From: the human T2T-CHM13v2.0 reference genome, Homo sapiens
DNA length: 64,000 bases
Assembly: GCF_009914755.1 (NCBI RefSeq)
Contig: NC_060948.1
Direction: 5' to 3' (one strand)
The position numbers were made by a program, and so were the translations under genes. Shown here one piece after another: positions 13,662 through 30,337 of the stretch (within the stretch, counting starts at the first letter, position 1; each line of letters starts with the position of its first letter). The notes beneath the pieces are model-generated. The model saw nothing but the letters and a program-made list of their open reading frames with translations, did no database searches and was not told the origin of the DNA.

Positions 13662-15893
13662 TAACCTCTCATAATGCTATTTCCTTCATGATAAATATCC
13701 TTTGAGGACAAAATGTCATTCAAAATGTGATAATAATGTTGATAATAATTAATGCAAGCCTAATAAACATTCTCTGTATACATTTTGTAATACATTATAA
13801 TATGAATTATATTCAGTAATAATTTCACTTAAAGAATAATTTAAAATATAACAGGCAGATAACTATAGGTAATAGTTTAAAACATAACACTAAAACTTGC
13901 ATGGTTTTGGTATTTCAAATTTTACGTGGATTCTACTATATTTTCAAGGACACAACGAACATAACTGAAGGCAAACCTTGAAATTTTACTTTCTTAAATC
14001 TGATTACTTTCTTAAATTTTACTTTCTTAAATGTGATGAGTTGTGTTAATTTATTTGGAATAATTAAACTCGGCATTATATATTCTTTTTTATGATGTCA
14101 TTAATAATGTTTAAAAGTCAATAACACATCTATTGCTACTTTGGTTAAAAGCTACATAGATAGTAGTAGCTATGGTACTTGGATGAAGAAAGCTGAAGTT
14201 TATTATTTTTTCTTTCTAATTTTAATCCCTAAGGGTCTTTGATAAAAGACTTACACAAACCCCCCTTTAGTAACCTAATCTTGTAAAATAATCCTGTTCT
14301 TAAAATGGTGATAGAGATTTGCTTGGTTTATGCTACGTAACACCATAATAACACATTAAGACTTGATTCTCTTTATATCATGGAGCAACTCAGGTAGTGT
14401 TACAAAGTGCTGTTACTCAATAAATGTGGTGAAGAGCAAGCTCTCCAGAGCAGTGCCATGCCTGTGTCTGATGCTTTCCAGTATGGAAAACTGCTCAGAT
14501 ACTAATGGTTTGTTTCAGGCGCATTGACAGCCTGATCATAGGCTCTAGCCATGTACCATGAAAAATGGCTTCTCCAGGGGCTTAAGAAAGACGATGAAGA
14601 GCTTTGCATTTTCTCTTGGCATTTCCTGCTATTGTTAAAAAGGTCACATATGCAATTTAAAAATGTTCCATGCATGGAGCATGACAAATGCCATGTAGAA
14701 GATAAAACTGCTTTCATTGACATTTTTGGCCAATTTCCAAACGGTACCATTTTCCACATTTTCCCCTTTGTGGATTTGCAAAATTTGGCTTGTGCAAAAT
14801 GCCTGCCCACAATACAGTCTAAGTTGAGAAATGCTACATGTTAAAAAGCAAACTGTGTATAGATGAAAATGGCACATTCAGAATAAAAGTAAGAAATTAA
14901 ATGCCACCAAAAAATAGGGAAAAACTTGTAAATGAGTCTATCAAAACTATTAAGGAATCTCAAAATGAAAGAAAGGCTTAGAACTCATCAATAACAATGT
15001 CCAATTGCATTCATATGTAAAGAAAGTAAAATCAACTTTATGTTATTTTAGTTCACTTTATTTTATTCTTATTATCCTTTTACCTAGTTGAATGGCAAAA
15101 CTAAATTTAGTTATCTTTGGGCATTGAAAAATGAGTACTCTCACAGTTTGATAGATGGAGGAAGAATTAAGGTAGAGTTTTAGAATTTGAGTATTATACA
15201 ATAAAATTTAAAAAGAGACCCACTTTACTCCTCTGGAAGCACTTTTGCTTCCAGGAACCTATCCCACAGATATATGCAGAAAGATGTATGTACATAGATG
15301 ATCATTGCAACTGAAATTTATCTCATCAGGAAAACGTGTAAATGAATTTTTTTGAGCACTTAGAATACTAAAACTATCTTTCCCTTGAAATTGTAGAGGC
15401 AAAGCAAAATGGGAAGGCAGAGAATAATACATAAATTTATGTAAGCATGTATACATACTGGTATATACACATAGATATGAATGCACAATTGTATGCATAG
15501 ACATATGTATACATACATGTGTGTGTAGGTGTATGCTTTTGTGTAGATTTGTATACAAATATGTATATTTTACTGCACAGAAAAATGTCAAGAAATAAAT
15601 TATTAGCAATGTTTAGAATGGGACTATGTTACTGTGCCCTTACAGAGAGGCCTTGATTGGCAGAGAAAATGAAAACTATAACTGCTCCTATACTTAAGAA
15701 TTTTTAAAATCCTTTGTAATGAGTTTGAATAATTTATTTATATTACAATTATGCAAATCTTCTATGTGTGTATAAGAAGCCATTAGAAAAAGATGGTTTC
15801 ATGTGATAGAGGAAACTAGCATAAGTTAGAATTTTGACTCAGCTGATGAGAAAGTATTTGCCCAAAGCAATCTAATCAAAGCTCTGTTGCATG

Positions 15894-16523
<630 letters not shown>

Positions 16524-16888
16524 TTAAACACTTTGTTGTGTGGAAAAAAGACATATAGTTAAACAAATATAACCAGCCCCTTATTTCTGAGGAGAAAGAC
16601 TGATGCATTGTAGAAAGGATAATACAATTTTGAGATTTAGGTAAGGACTATCAGAATTTCCAGGAAGCTCTGCTGTGGTTCATTGTTACAGGGAAATTAC
16701 TCAAGGGAATATATGACTTGGAATCATTTTGCTTTTTTGTTACATTTCCTATTATTCATTGCTTCTTTGGACTGGTGAGAAGCCTCTCAGAGAAATAAGG
16801 AATACTGCACATCCTCCATATTTTCTCAGCTTTTGAAAATTAAGTTTTATACACTTAAGGGCAGCCACAACACATGAAAACATTTTAT

Positions 16889-18841
<1,953 letters not shown>

Positions 18842-20234
18842 TGGCATAAACCTTTAAAGCCACAAAATAAAATAAAATAAAATAAAATAATAAATTCCCT
18901 CAAAAAAAAAAAAAGAAAAGTTTATTTCTTCCTCAAACCTTCTTTACCTAGCCTCACTCAAACCAACTCTTAATTTTTCCTTTTTTTTTTTTTTTTTTTT
19001 TTCCCCAAAGCTATGCAGCTGACACGCATCTGCTCACTTGGCATAATTCAGTTGGCATCCAGTAAGTTTAAGAAATTCTATCTGGGATTCATGCAATCAC
19101 AACCCACATCCAAAAAATAATAGCAGCACTTATAATAAATAATAATAGTGTTTTTTGTTTGTTTGTTTTTTTAGTATTCACATAGGTTTTCTCCCTGGAT
19201 TTTCACAACATTGAAACAAAATAGACAAAATAAATGGGCTTCTCTTCAGCCCTGAGTTTTGCCTACTCTTAACCCTTTGGAGAAAAAATGGCACTGAGCT
19301 GTCAGTCAGTCGCCCTGTGGGAGAAGACACCAGTGTAGATGGCTTTCTGAATATATTGACTTGATTTCTATCACCAACAATGGCATATTCAGGCTGTGCT
19401 CCATGCCAGGTGCCATGTGGTCATGGAGTCTACCACACCAGAGGTATTCTCAGAAGTAGTATTGAAAACACATAGGCAAGCATTGCTTAAGACTGTATAA
19501 ACATAAGCTCTGTCCAGACATGGAATACAGTCGGAGTTTGCTAGGATAATCCCAAATACCAATACATACCAGAAAACTTACTATAGCATGAGTATTGAAG
19601 GCAAAGATGCTTTTGGTATGTAACTAAAATAATAGCATGAACCCATCTTTTAGTGTGAATATTGAATAATTAATGTTACATACATGAAGCTAGCATGTAC
19701 TGGAAGGACTCAAAGTAACTGAAAACTATACATTTCTTCACGCCATTTATTTAAGACTTCAGCTCCTTTACACAACCATACTCAGTTACCTTTTGCCTGT
19801 TCCTGACTTACTAAGGGAAGATGGTGTGGAGCTACAATTTATAATCCAGATAATGATTACTAGAGTCCATACTCTACCCTGAATACTGAAAACTGCAATA
19901 ATGTCCCTAACTTAAACTTCCTCTTCTGTTTATCACTTCTTCCTTCCCTCTTTGATTGTTCTTCCATGAATCCTTGCAAGTCTCCAAGCACTGAGTATCC
20001 TTCCATCCACCAAATGTCTGATATAGATGGCTGGGTGTAACTTTAAGTCTCTCACTAAGATGATCGATTTTCTCCTCTGCTTGTGCTGGGCTCACCCTCT
20101 CATTTCTCAGCCAAGATATCGATTTATTGTGTCCCATAGCACTGCTAGCATTAATGGAATTATTGCATGGTTTGGCCTCATTTTTAGTGTGTGGTTTTTA
20201 GAAATATCTGAGATCTTAGTGTTGGTTTGCAATC

Positions 20235-20595
20235 TGTCTTAGTCCCTTCTGTGCTGCTATGAAAGAATACCTGAAACTGGTTTATAAAACAGAAATTTAT
20301 TTCTCATAGTTCCAGAGGCTGGCAAGTCCAAGATCAAGGCACCATCATCTGGCAAGACCTTCTTGCACATCATCAAATGGCACAGGGGTAAAGAGCTGAA
20401 GAGAGAGAACCCACTCCTGCAAGCCCTTTTTGATAATGATATTCATCTATTCATGAATTTAATTAAATTCAAACTATTCATGTTCATTACCTAAACATCT
20501 CCCATTACCCACTAACCCACAAAACACTGTCTTATTAGGGGTTAATAATATTCATGACAATGCATGAATTCTAGGGACACATTCACACCATAGCA
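20235..20595 (-). mobile_element. MSTC/MSTD-like MaLR solo LTR
   Basis: tgtcttagtcc...aagtccaagatcaaggc...gacacattcacaccatagca; near-TSD caatc/aaatc. Confidence 0.85.
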
Positions 20596-20979
20596 AAATC
20601 CATTTACACTCTCTCCTCATCAAGGTTTATGTGTTTTCCAAAGTGAGTCAGTTCAAGTTTTTTTGACCTTTCCTCTTTTGTTTTCATTAGATCTCATTTT
20701 TAGACTAACAGATTACTTTGTTCCTATAACTCATGTGTCTTTCAGAATCTGGGCCAGTTTCCACTACCCAAGTGGGATCTAGGAGTTAACCCCACCGTCA
20801 ACCCAAGTACTCCTCCTGTGTCCAATGGCCAGTCAGCCTCAATCCTGTCTTCTCTTGAGTTATGACATATTTTTCACCTTCCATTAATAGTGAGTCTGTT
20901 GAAATAGGAATTTATACTTCCTTCTTTGTCCTCCATTTCCCCAAAATCCGTTCTCTATCCTTACAATTTTATGCTAATA

Positions 20980-22270
20980 AATCTCATTAAGGTATGACCA
21001 GTGATTTCTACATTGCCAAACCCAGTGGCGTCTTTTTAGTGATGATCCTATATCAATATGATAGGCACTTATCACTTGCAGAATTCTTATTCCTTTTCAT
21101 TGTATCACTATGCTCTGGTTTTATTCTACAACTCTGAGAAGTTCTTTTGTATTTTCTTCTCTTACTATTCTTAAATGTTGACTTTTCTCAAGGTTTGTTC
21201 TTGACTTCATTCTGTATATTGTATGTCTGGGTAATTCATTGCATCTTCTTATCTTCCAACTATCTGCCTCTATGTGGATGATTCTTGAGTCTTTATTTTC
21301 AGCCCAGGCCACTAGCTTCATTCAGTTACAGTGTTTGTAATTTTAGCTCCTGTTAGAAATCTCTAGTTGAGTGTCACATATACACTTCAAACACAACACA
21401 TTCAAATACTGAGAAATACTCTTCCTCTAAAACCTATTCCTCACTTTGCACCCTCCTGTTGGCTAAAGGTGCCCCACATCCCAGAGTGTCCAAGATAAAA
21501 ACTGATTTTACTTCTCTTTTCTCACCACTTATGTAAATAGATATCTGCCTCTCATCATTTCTGCCCTGCAAAACATCCCTAGCTATGTGCTTTCTGCCTG
21601 TGGCCCACTGTGACAGCTTCCTTCTCTCAGTTTAGATTGTTATGCAGTCCATTACTCTTCTGCCTCCTACCATCAGGCTACTATTGGAGTCATCTTCCTG
21701 ATTCTTACATTCGATGACTTCAATGGTTAAGTGATGCATTGCAATCTTTCTTATATGATTTTCTGCTGCTACAACAGAATACCTGAAACTGTTATAAAAA
21801 ATAGAAATGTATTTCTAATAGTTCCAGAGGCTGACAAGTCCAACATCAAAGCACCATCATCTGGCTAGTCCTTCTTGCACCATCATCTGGCAAGACCTTC
21901 TTGCACAAAGGCAAACAACTCAAGAGAGTGAACCCACTCCTGCAAGGTCTTAAAAATGTATCATGGCAAAATTTCTTGAGTGGCCCCCTTTTTACCACCT
22001 GAGAAAACCTAAAACCCTTGGGACAGCATAGAAGACTCCTTAATCTGCTCATGTCTCCCTTTTCCAGTGTTAGCTCCTTTTGCTTTCTTTTGTATACCTT
22101 GTGCCCTTGCCCATTGAAACAAACAGCTCACAGTTCCCCGAGCATACCTGCCTTTCTACCTGCCTGGGAGCTGCCTTCTAATAGGCTGTATATAGGCTGT
22201 ATCTTGATGACTTCCTCTCAACTCTCCCTCTGGAAAGGTCCCAGTCATTCATTTGTTAAGGCCCAGTGAA
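20980..22270 (+). mobile_element. L2 fragment interrupted at ~21739-21946 by a copied MST segment
   Basis: cattgccaaacccagtgg...ctctatgtggatgattc...cacttcaaacacaaca...; pyrimidine-rich L2 ORF/3' character. Confidence 0.6.
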
Positions 22271-22359
22271 AATTTATTTCCCTTCACAAAATATTTTTAG
22301 GTATACATATATATGCATATGTATGCTATCTGTCTATTAGATATATCTTCTTTTTGGCC

Positions 22360-22671
22360 TTTATTTTTTTATTTTTTTTATTTTTTTGCAATAGAGTTTC
22401 AGTCTGACACCCAGGCTGGAGTGCAGTGTCATGATCACTGCAATCATGCAGCCTTGACTTCCTGGGCTCAAGCAATCCTCCCACCTTAGCCTTCCGAGTA
22501 TCTGGGAATACAGGTGCATACCACCATGCCCAGCTAATTTTTATATTTTTTTGTGGAGACAGAGTCCCATTGTATTACACAGTATGGTATCAAATTTCTG
22601 GGCTCAAGCAATCCTCCTGCATCATCCTCCTAAAGTGCTGGGATTACATGCCTGTGGCCACTGTGTCTGGC
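22360..22671 (-). mobile_element. AluJ
   Basis: cccaggctggagtgcagtg...gggctcaagcaatcctccc...aaagtgctgggattaca. Confidence 0.92.
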
Positions 22672-23494
22672 ATTATCCTTGTTAATTTAATGCCTACCTC
22701 ACTTGTCTTTTTCAAATAATACTTAATGAATGATTTCTGGATTGATACATCCATGAATGAAATGATAGTTTGCCAAAATACAGAATATTAGAGCCTTGGT
22801 GTCACCTTGAGATTATTTAGATCAGAAAAGGGGATTTTTTTATATTAGAAGGTTATTCACTGTATTATTTTTAAAAAGTTTATTTATCTCAGGTGTGTTA
22901 ATTGTTGAGAATGTAACAGAAAATAAGATATGAATGGTCTAAGTGTTTAGGCATTATAATAAAGTTGAAGAAATGAGAAGAAATCCCATGGTGTTTCTTC
23001 TCATGCATTGATAATAAAACTTCTTTATTGATTGCAACTGTACATTGGCAGCACCGCCCCAAAACTGGAAAATAAGATCAAATTCTCCTTTGTTCTTCTT
23101 TCATCACCTTGCATTTTTATTTTCTTGGGCTTATTGTTATGAGTTTGGTTTCTAGCTTTTACAGCATAAGAAAGAAGTGGAAATCAAGACGGAAAGAAGT
23201 TACTATAGTGAGAAGGTGTCATGTCCTGCAGGCCAGTCATCTCAGAGTCTGACTGCAACACCCATGACATAGGCCATTCTTTTTCTTGCCCACGACCCTT
23301 TCCAAACTAATATCACCAGACTTATATTCCTGTCCTCTTTATAAATGGGGGCTGTTGTCTAGCAGGCTAGCTTACCGGAAAAAGGACTTTCTCAGACGTG
23401 CTTTCTCATCCTGATGGTTTCCTTTACCAGAAGTGAGGCTGCAAGCTTCAGCATGCGTTTATAACAAAAAAGAGAGATTGACTTTTTTCATTTA

Positions 23495-24113
<619 letters not shown>

Positions 24114-25559
24114 AAGTTATAAATTTTCACATAATCATAAACATGTGATGATGTGGATACTTCATTTTCACATTTAGGTCTTTAATACAGTGATACCTTC
24201 TCTTTGGGCAACAGTCATCTTCACTCTCTACTGTGTTGATAAAGTTTCCACTTTGCCCTTGAAGATTTTGTGGCTTAGGAGGAAACAATTAAAGGGATGT
24301 CCTTCAGCAGAACAGCCACCCTGTTTAGGAAGAAACTAATTATTGTGTGAAAGGGACAGGGTGATGTTATTGGGTAATGATAGTAAGAGATAAAACCAGT
24401 TCTCTTGAGCTGTTACTTAGATTCCATAACTGAGGCTGATTTTGCATCCTTGGCACTAGATGTTATTCAGCTGACAGCCATGGATTCCCAGGGGTTCCAA
24501 GAAACCCCCAAACTATCTGTCACCTTTATGAGTAGGTAAGAATGTATTTTTCTTGGAGAGGAGTATCTCCTCAAAGAAGTCTGTGATGTAGAAGAAAAGA
24601 TGAAAAATCTCTGCTTTGGATTCGGAATGTCAGGACTACTCACTTTGAACTTAAGGAGAATTTCTTCTTAGTATGTACGAGATTAAACCATATGGGGTTG
24701 CCATTTTCTTAGACCCATATAGTCATTTTCATATGGCTTTTATTTGGACAATAAGATCATTGTGTAGTCCTTTTTTCCTTTTTTCATCTCTCAAACTTTT
24801 TCTCCTCTTGGGCATATTGTTCCAGGTTTCCTTTGTGGTTTCTAGATCATAAGCATTCATGCAGTCACATTACATTCCCTCCTAAATTGTAAGCTCTCCA
24901 AAGAGAGGGGATATAGCTGCTTTATGTTCTCACCCAACTTTGAGTAGGGACAATAGCAGGAAACAGAAAGCATTTTCACAGAAAGGATGGAGTCCATTTG
25001 TGTCATATGGATCTTGTTTGAAACTTTACCTGTGTGGCCTGGGGTGAATTAATACAGCTGTCTTTAAAATCTAGAACTGAAACCTCAGCGGATTGCCATA
25101 AGGATTCCCAGAAGTTAGGAGCTCCTCAGTAAATATAAGTATCCTATTCTCTTGTGTAATGAAGCTGACCCACAGGATGATGCCAATTATATCCTTGGTA
25201 TTATAAGCATATGAACAACAGTTCATATTTATTGAGGCCTCACTATGTGTAAGACACAATTGTGTGCTTTGGGATATTTGCTCATACATGAAACAAATGT
25301 TTAAATAAAACAGCGTGCCCCACACTGGAGATGCAGCTGTCATTAGCATTGACACCTTCCCAGTATCATGGTGCCCATGTCTCCATGTGGGTTAATCTAA
25401 AGATAGGCTCAGGCATATTAAATTGGGAAGGTTGTCTTAGGATAATTCAAGCAGGATTAAGTCAATAGTGAATGAAGAGCTAGATTAAATGGGGAGTTTG
25501 GGACATGCATCTCTGCTAGATGAATTTGAGCAGGAAACATAGGCAAGACTTATCTGCTT

Positions 25560-25720
25560 TAGTTTTCACAGTAGGACCATGAGATTACACTACTGTTTAT
25601 TAACTCTATTACAGAGATGTGGAAACTGAGATTAGGATGATTGAATAACTCAGCCAGATTAGGAATAGGGCTGGTAGTCTTTAATGCAAGTCTCATGGGC
25701 TATGCTGCACATACTCTTAA
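25560..25720 (-). mobile_element. MIR fragment
   Basis: ttacagagatgtggaaactgag core motif. Confidence 0.55.
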
Positions 25721-25785
25721 CAACTTGCTACCTTCATGGTAAAAGCGAAGAACCAACCCAATTCCCTTTGCCATTCCATTCTTGC

Positions 25786-26169
25786 TATATTAGCCTATTT
25801 TCACACTTTTATAAAGAAATACCTAAGACTGGGTAATTTACAAAGGAAGAAGGTTTAACTGATTTACAGTTCCGCATGGCTTGGGAGGCCTCAGGAAACT
25901 TACAATCATGGCAGAAGGTGAAAGGGAAGAAAGGCACCTTCTTCACAAGGCAGCAGGAAGGAGAGAAGTGCTGAGGAAAGGAGGAAGAACCCCGTATACA
26001 ACCATCAGCTCTCATGAGAACTCACTCACTATCATGAGAACATTAGGGGGGAACTGCCCCCATGATCTAAACACCCCCCACAGGGACCCTCCCCCAACAC
26101 ATGGGGATTACAATTTGGATTACAATTCTAGATGACATTTGGGACAGGACATAGAGCCAGACCACATCA
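25786..26169 (-). mobile_element. THE1D-like MaLR solo LTR
   Basis: gactgggtaatttacaaagg...gggaggcctcaggaaacttacaatcatggcagaaggtg...ctcactcactatcatgagaac...agagccagaccacatca. Confidence 0.9.
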
Positions 26170-26599
26170 CCTACCATTTAATTAGCTTACTCAACTATCC
26201 TGCAAACATTCCTTAGGGAGCAAAAGGGACACACTCATAAATGGTTTTAACGTATTTTAAAAGTTATCAATATTGTAGTTTAATCATAATTTTTAAAATG
26301 GTGCATCTCATGTCATTGGCTAGGATCAGCAGATTACATGCTGTATCTTGGGGTCAATAATTGCTGCAAGCACTTTATTGGAGTTGCTGTTAGTAGTCAT
26401 GCTGTCTACTTTGTCCTTTCTTCTCCCATTTCAACCAACCTGGCAGGGATTGACCTCAGTAGTGAGTTGCTAGACATCAGGAGAAGTCAGAAGTAAGTGG
26501 AAGAGGGCCTGCTGTCTAGAAGAACCTCCCCCCACCCGCCTGGCCCATTGCAGTGACAACACAGATGCATGGGAGTAGGTTAAATAATTCTTCTCTCAT

Positions 26600-26860
26600 T
26601 GATCCATTCATTCATCTTTCATCCATGAATTAACTATTCATGACTGATTGTTGTTGACTCTGAGCATACCACAACAAAGAGGATGCACAAACTGTCCTGC
26701 TGTTACTTTAGTTATGGGGACAGAAGATAAAGCAGTGATCAAATGCATGAAGGACAGAATTTCTGATTGTGATCATAGTTTTGAGGGAAATGAAGCAGTG
26801 ATAACATCTAACGTGGGTTATGAGGATCTCTGAGATGGAGTGTCCAGGGCATGTCTTTTT
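26600..26860 (-). mobile_element. L2 3' fragment
   Basis: cattcattcatc...ttgttgactc terminal motif in antisense. Confidence 0.5.
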
Positions 26861-27367
26861 GAGGGTGAGGAATTTAAGCATCCCAGACACAAGTTCTGAC
26901 CCAAACATTAGCCTTTTCATTGTGAGAAAGGGCCTCAGGAAATTTAATAAATGTAATGGTAGGAATTCACGATAACACTACAAGAAACCAAGCTTTGTTT
27001 GTGAATGGTGGGGTTAGAAGGGGTTTGTTGCTAGAAATCCCATTTGCAGGTTCTCAGGCTGGGGTTGAAGTAGAAGCAACAATCTCTTGTCTTTTGCCAA
27101 GCAAAGAACAGTCCCTGGTATCTGGCAAAAGAGAAGTATCTTCCTCTGAATCCTGGTGTTGGCCATAAGCCAAAGTTCTATATTAATTTTCCTTTTTGGT
27201 TGAGTTGGGAAGCAGTTGGATGATTAGCTAATTTTTGCTGAAATAGAAGGAAGGCAGATTAAAAATATAGAAAATAACTCCTATTTAATGATTAAAAAAT
27301 GAGATTAATCAGACAAAGTTGTAATGAAAGGTGAAATAATTTTGTTTTATAAAACTGTAAAATTTTA

Positions 27368-27640
27368 GGCTGGGCATGGTGGCTGACACCTGTAATCACT
27401 TTGGGAAGCTGAGGTGGGAGGATTGCTTTAGCCCAGGAGTTCAAGGCCAGCCTGGTCAATATAGGGAAACTACATCTCTACAAAAATTATAGAAATTAGC
27501 CAAGCATCATGGTATGTGCCTATGGTCCCAGCTACTAGTTAGTCTGTGGCAAGTAGAATTGCTTGACCCTGAGAGATCAAGGGTACAGTGTACTCTGTCC
27601 TGGTTGATAGAGTGAGACCCTGTCACACATACACAAAAAA
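27368..27640 (+). mobile_element. AluJ
   Basis: ggctgggcatggtggc...gattgctttagcccaggagttcaag; TSD aaaactgtaaaatttt / aaaactataaaatttt. Confidence 0.92.
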
Positions 27641-28943
27641 ACTATAAAATTTTCATATGTAATAATATTGAAGCTAAAGTGGAAAATGTCATAAAATATA
27701 TTTTAATCCTATGGTATAAATTTCTCTCTGTTCATTAGTTACAAAAATTTGAGCATAAACACTTTCAAATACAAACCTGTGCAAATGTCATAGATGGCAG
27801 GTGGTATATCACTTTATATATTTAAGCTGTATGTGGGAATAAAAGGATAAAAATAAAAGTTAAATTTAAAATTCTAATGAAGGAACATATTAGAACTACA
27901 TTATGGAGGACTTTGTTCATTTATGGTCTGAGCACAGATGATGCTAAACATGGGTTGTCAACTTCAGTTGGCATCCATTTAAAATGAACACACTAAACAC
28001 CTTGAGAAGAAACTGCATGAAAAGTAAAGAGCATTATCCAAGTGAACTTCATATCTCATCATTTGCCTGTGTTTATATATTAATAAATACCTACGTAATT
28101 GGTTTAATTAATCAGTATTTTATTTTGGTGTTGAAATAATGAGTGGCTGAGCATGCCAGATGTATTCATCTGATACATTCTTCCAGTCACAGGGTAGGCT
28201 GCATTAGGTGGTAATGCTTTACCCTGAATTCATCTGTAAGTTATGAAGGGAAGTCCATAACTCTGATCTCAGAGCATTTATTCCATTGTTGATAAGCCAA
28301 GCTGTTGCTCTCACTTAGTTGTTAAGGAACAAGGCTAACTGGACCTTGATATGTAAAGTATGTAAAATGTGTCCTTTCACGAAACTCTGAAACAAACAAT
28401 GAGAACAACCAGAAAAAAATGCTAGAGTCATACAAAAGCTGTCTCTATTTTTTAGTGATCATTCCTCAAGCTCTTGTCAGCCACTGAGTGACCATAGATG
28501 GATTTGCAGTTGTTGCCAGTGTGGCTGATTTTGATAGGACTAACATAGGACCAGTGTAGGGAGCTATTTATTAAGATGTTTTTGTTAGTCAGTGTTTACA
28601 TTTTGGGTGTTCTCTGATAACATACATTAATTCCTATTGCAGTATTTAATAAAGTGTAACTGTGCCTGTTCCACATGTCTAAACATATTCAAATATGGAG
28701 ACTTTGTTTTGGTCTCTATTGCAGATACTAAATATCATATTGTAATTAGAGCTATACAGAGATTTAGCATGTAAGACTGGCAAGTCTTAGAGGCTAGCTT
28801 TTGTGATTCAGTAAGAAGGTGGTGATTGGAGTGAACAAATCACGTGGGGCACAATTTTGTGTTTCTGGCTTGAGTGACCAGTACTTTCCTCTTCCCTGCC
28901 TCAGTGCAATTTCACATTGTCTTCATTTTGTGAGATCACCCTG

Positions 28944-29397
28944 TGTCTTAGCCCATTTAGTTTTGCAATTAAGGAATCTCTGAGACTGGGCAACATACAG
29001 AGAAAAGAGGTTTATTTGGCTTATGGTTCTGCAGGCTGTACATCAATCATGGCATCAGGATCTGCTTCAAGGGTACAGATCCTAGTGAGGGCATCAGAAA
29101 GCTTGCACTCACGGTGGAAGGTGAAGAGGAGCTGGTGTATGCAGAGATTACATGTCAAGAGAAGAAGCAAGAGAATGGGGGGAAGTATGTGCTAGGCTCT
29201 TTTAAACAATCAGCTTTGGGGGGAATGAAAAGAGCAATAATTCAGGTAATTCAGCAATTACCTCAAGGAGAGCATCAAGGTGCTCATGAGGCATCCACCT
29301 CTGTGACCCAAACACCTACCAACCAGGCTTCACCTACAACATTAGGAATCAAATGTCAACCTGACACTTGGAGAGGACAAACATCCAAACTCTAGCA
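28944..29397 (-). mobile_element. MSTB-family MaLR solo LTR
   Basis: tgtcttagccc...aaaagaggtttatttggcttatggttctgcaggctgtaca...ggacaaacatccaaactctagca. Confidence 0.88.
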
Positions 29398-30008
29398 CTC
29401 TGTCTCCTTAGGTACATCTTTAATCTTCAGTGACTTACCTTCAGTGACTAAGTTCTCTTTGGAAAATGCAAATGTAGTCATGTTTCTTTTTTGCTTGTAA
29501 TGTCTTACTGATTTCCTGTTCTTTATAGCTTCATGTTGCATCTTCATCAGTTGGTGAACCAGTTGATGAAGACAAGATCAGCATCCTGAAGTATCTTCTA
29601 CACTTTACTTCAAGATTCTCAGAATGCATGTTAACTTTACTGCACAGTGCTGTTTGCCCTGGTCTGGTGTATCTCTGTTAACCCCAGTGCACTTTTCTCT
29701 GATCTTCCTAAGGCTCTTACCTTCTTAGTTCCTACGGCAGTATTTAATAAAGTGTAACTAGTGCCTGTTCCACCTTGTCATTAGTCGTTTCTGGGACTAT
29801 CTTGCCTATATGAGTATGGGCTACTGTGGGCAAGTACAATGCCTGGCATGCAGCAAGCTCTCTATTAATGATTGTTTGGCTGCTAGAGTTCTCTTTGCTG
29901 TTTTCACATCCATTCTTTTGTCATCCTCTTTTCCCTAGTCGTCTTTCCCTGTACCTTTGCCCTTGTTTCTCCATGAATCAATATAAATAGTATAAGCTTT
30001 GTGCAAAA

Positions 30009-30337
30009 CAGACCTTCACGCTTGTCTTATGTCTTCATTGCTTTCTTCTGCATACTAAAAGGCCATTACCTTCCTCTCTCTGACTCTCAATTTCCTAATC
30101 TGTATAATTTTGATAGTTATCTCCCCTGTCTGCTATTTCTGACGTTGGCGTGAACACGAATATGCGAAGTACCAGACTTTCACTCCTGTCTCATGATTGC
30201 ATTGCCTTCTTCTGCATACTAAAAGGCCATTACCTTCCCTCTATGAGTCTCAATTTCCTCATCTGTATACTTTTGATAGTTGTTTCTACTGTCTGCCATT
30301 GCTGTGACAATGGCACAACTCAGATATGCAAAGTACC
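30009..30337. repeat. Tandem duplication, two ~165-bp units containing a MIR core
   Basis: 32 identical bp ttcttctgcatactaaaaggccattaccttcc in both units; both end tatgc(g/a)aagtacc. Confidence 0.9.

Noticed and set aside
30009-30337. CRISPR-like repeat-spacer array (32-bp identical repeat)
   Set aside because: Only two units, the 'spacers' are homologous to each other, the context is eukaryotic and there are no cas genes.
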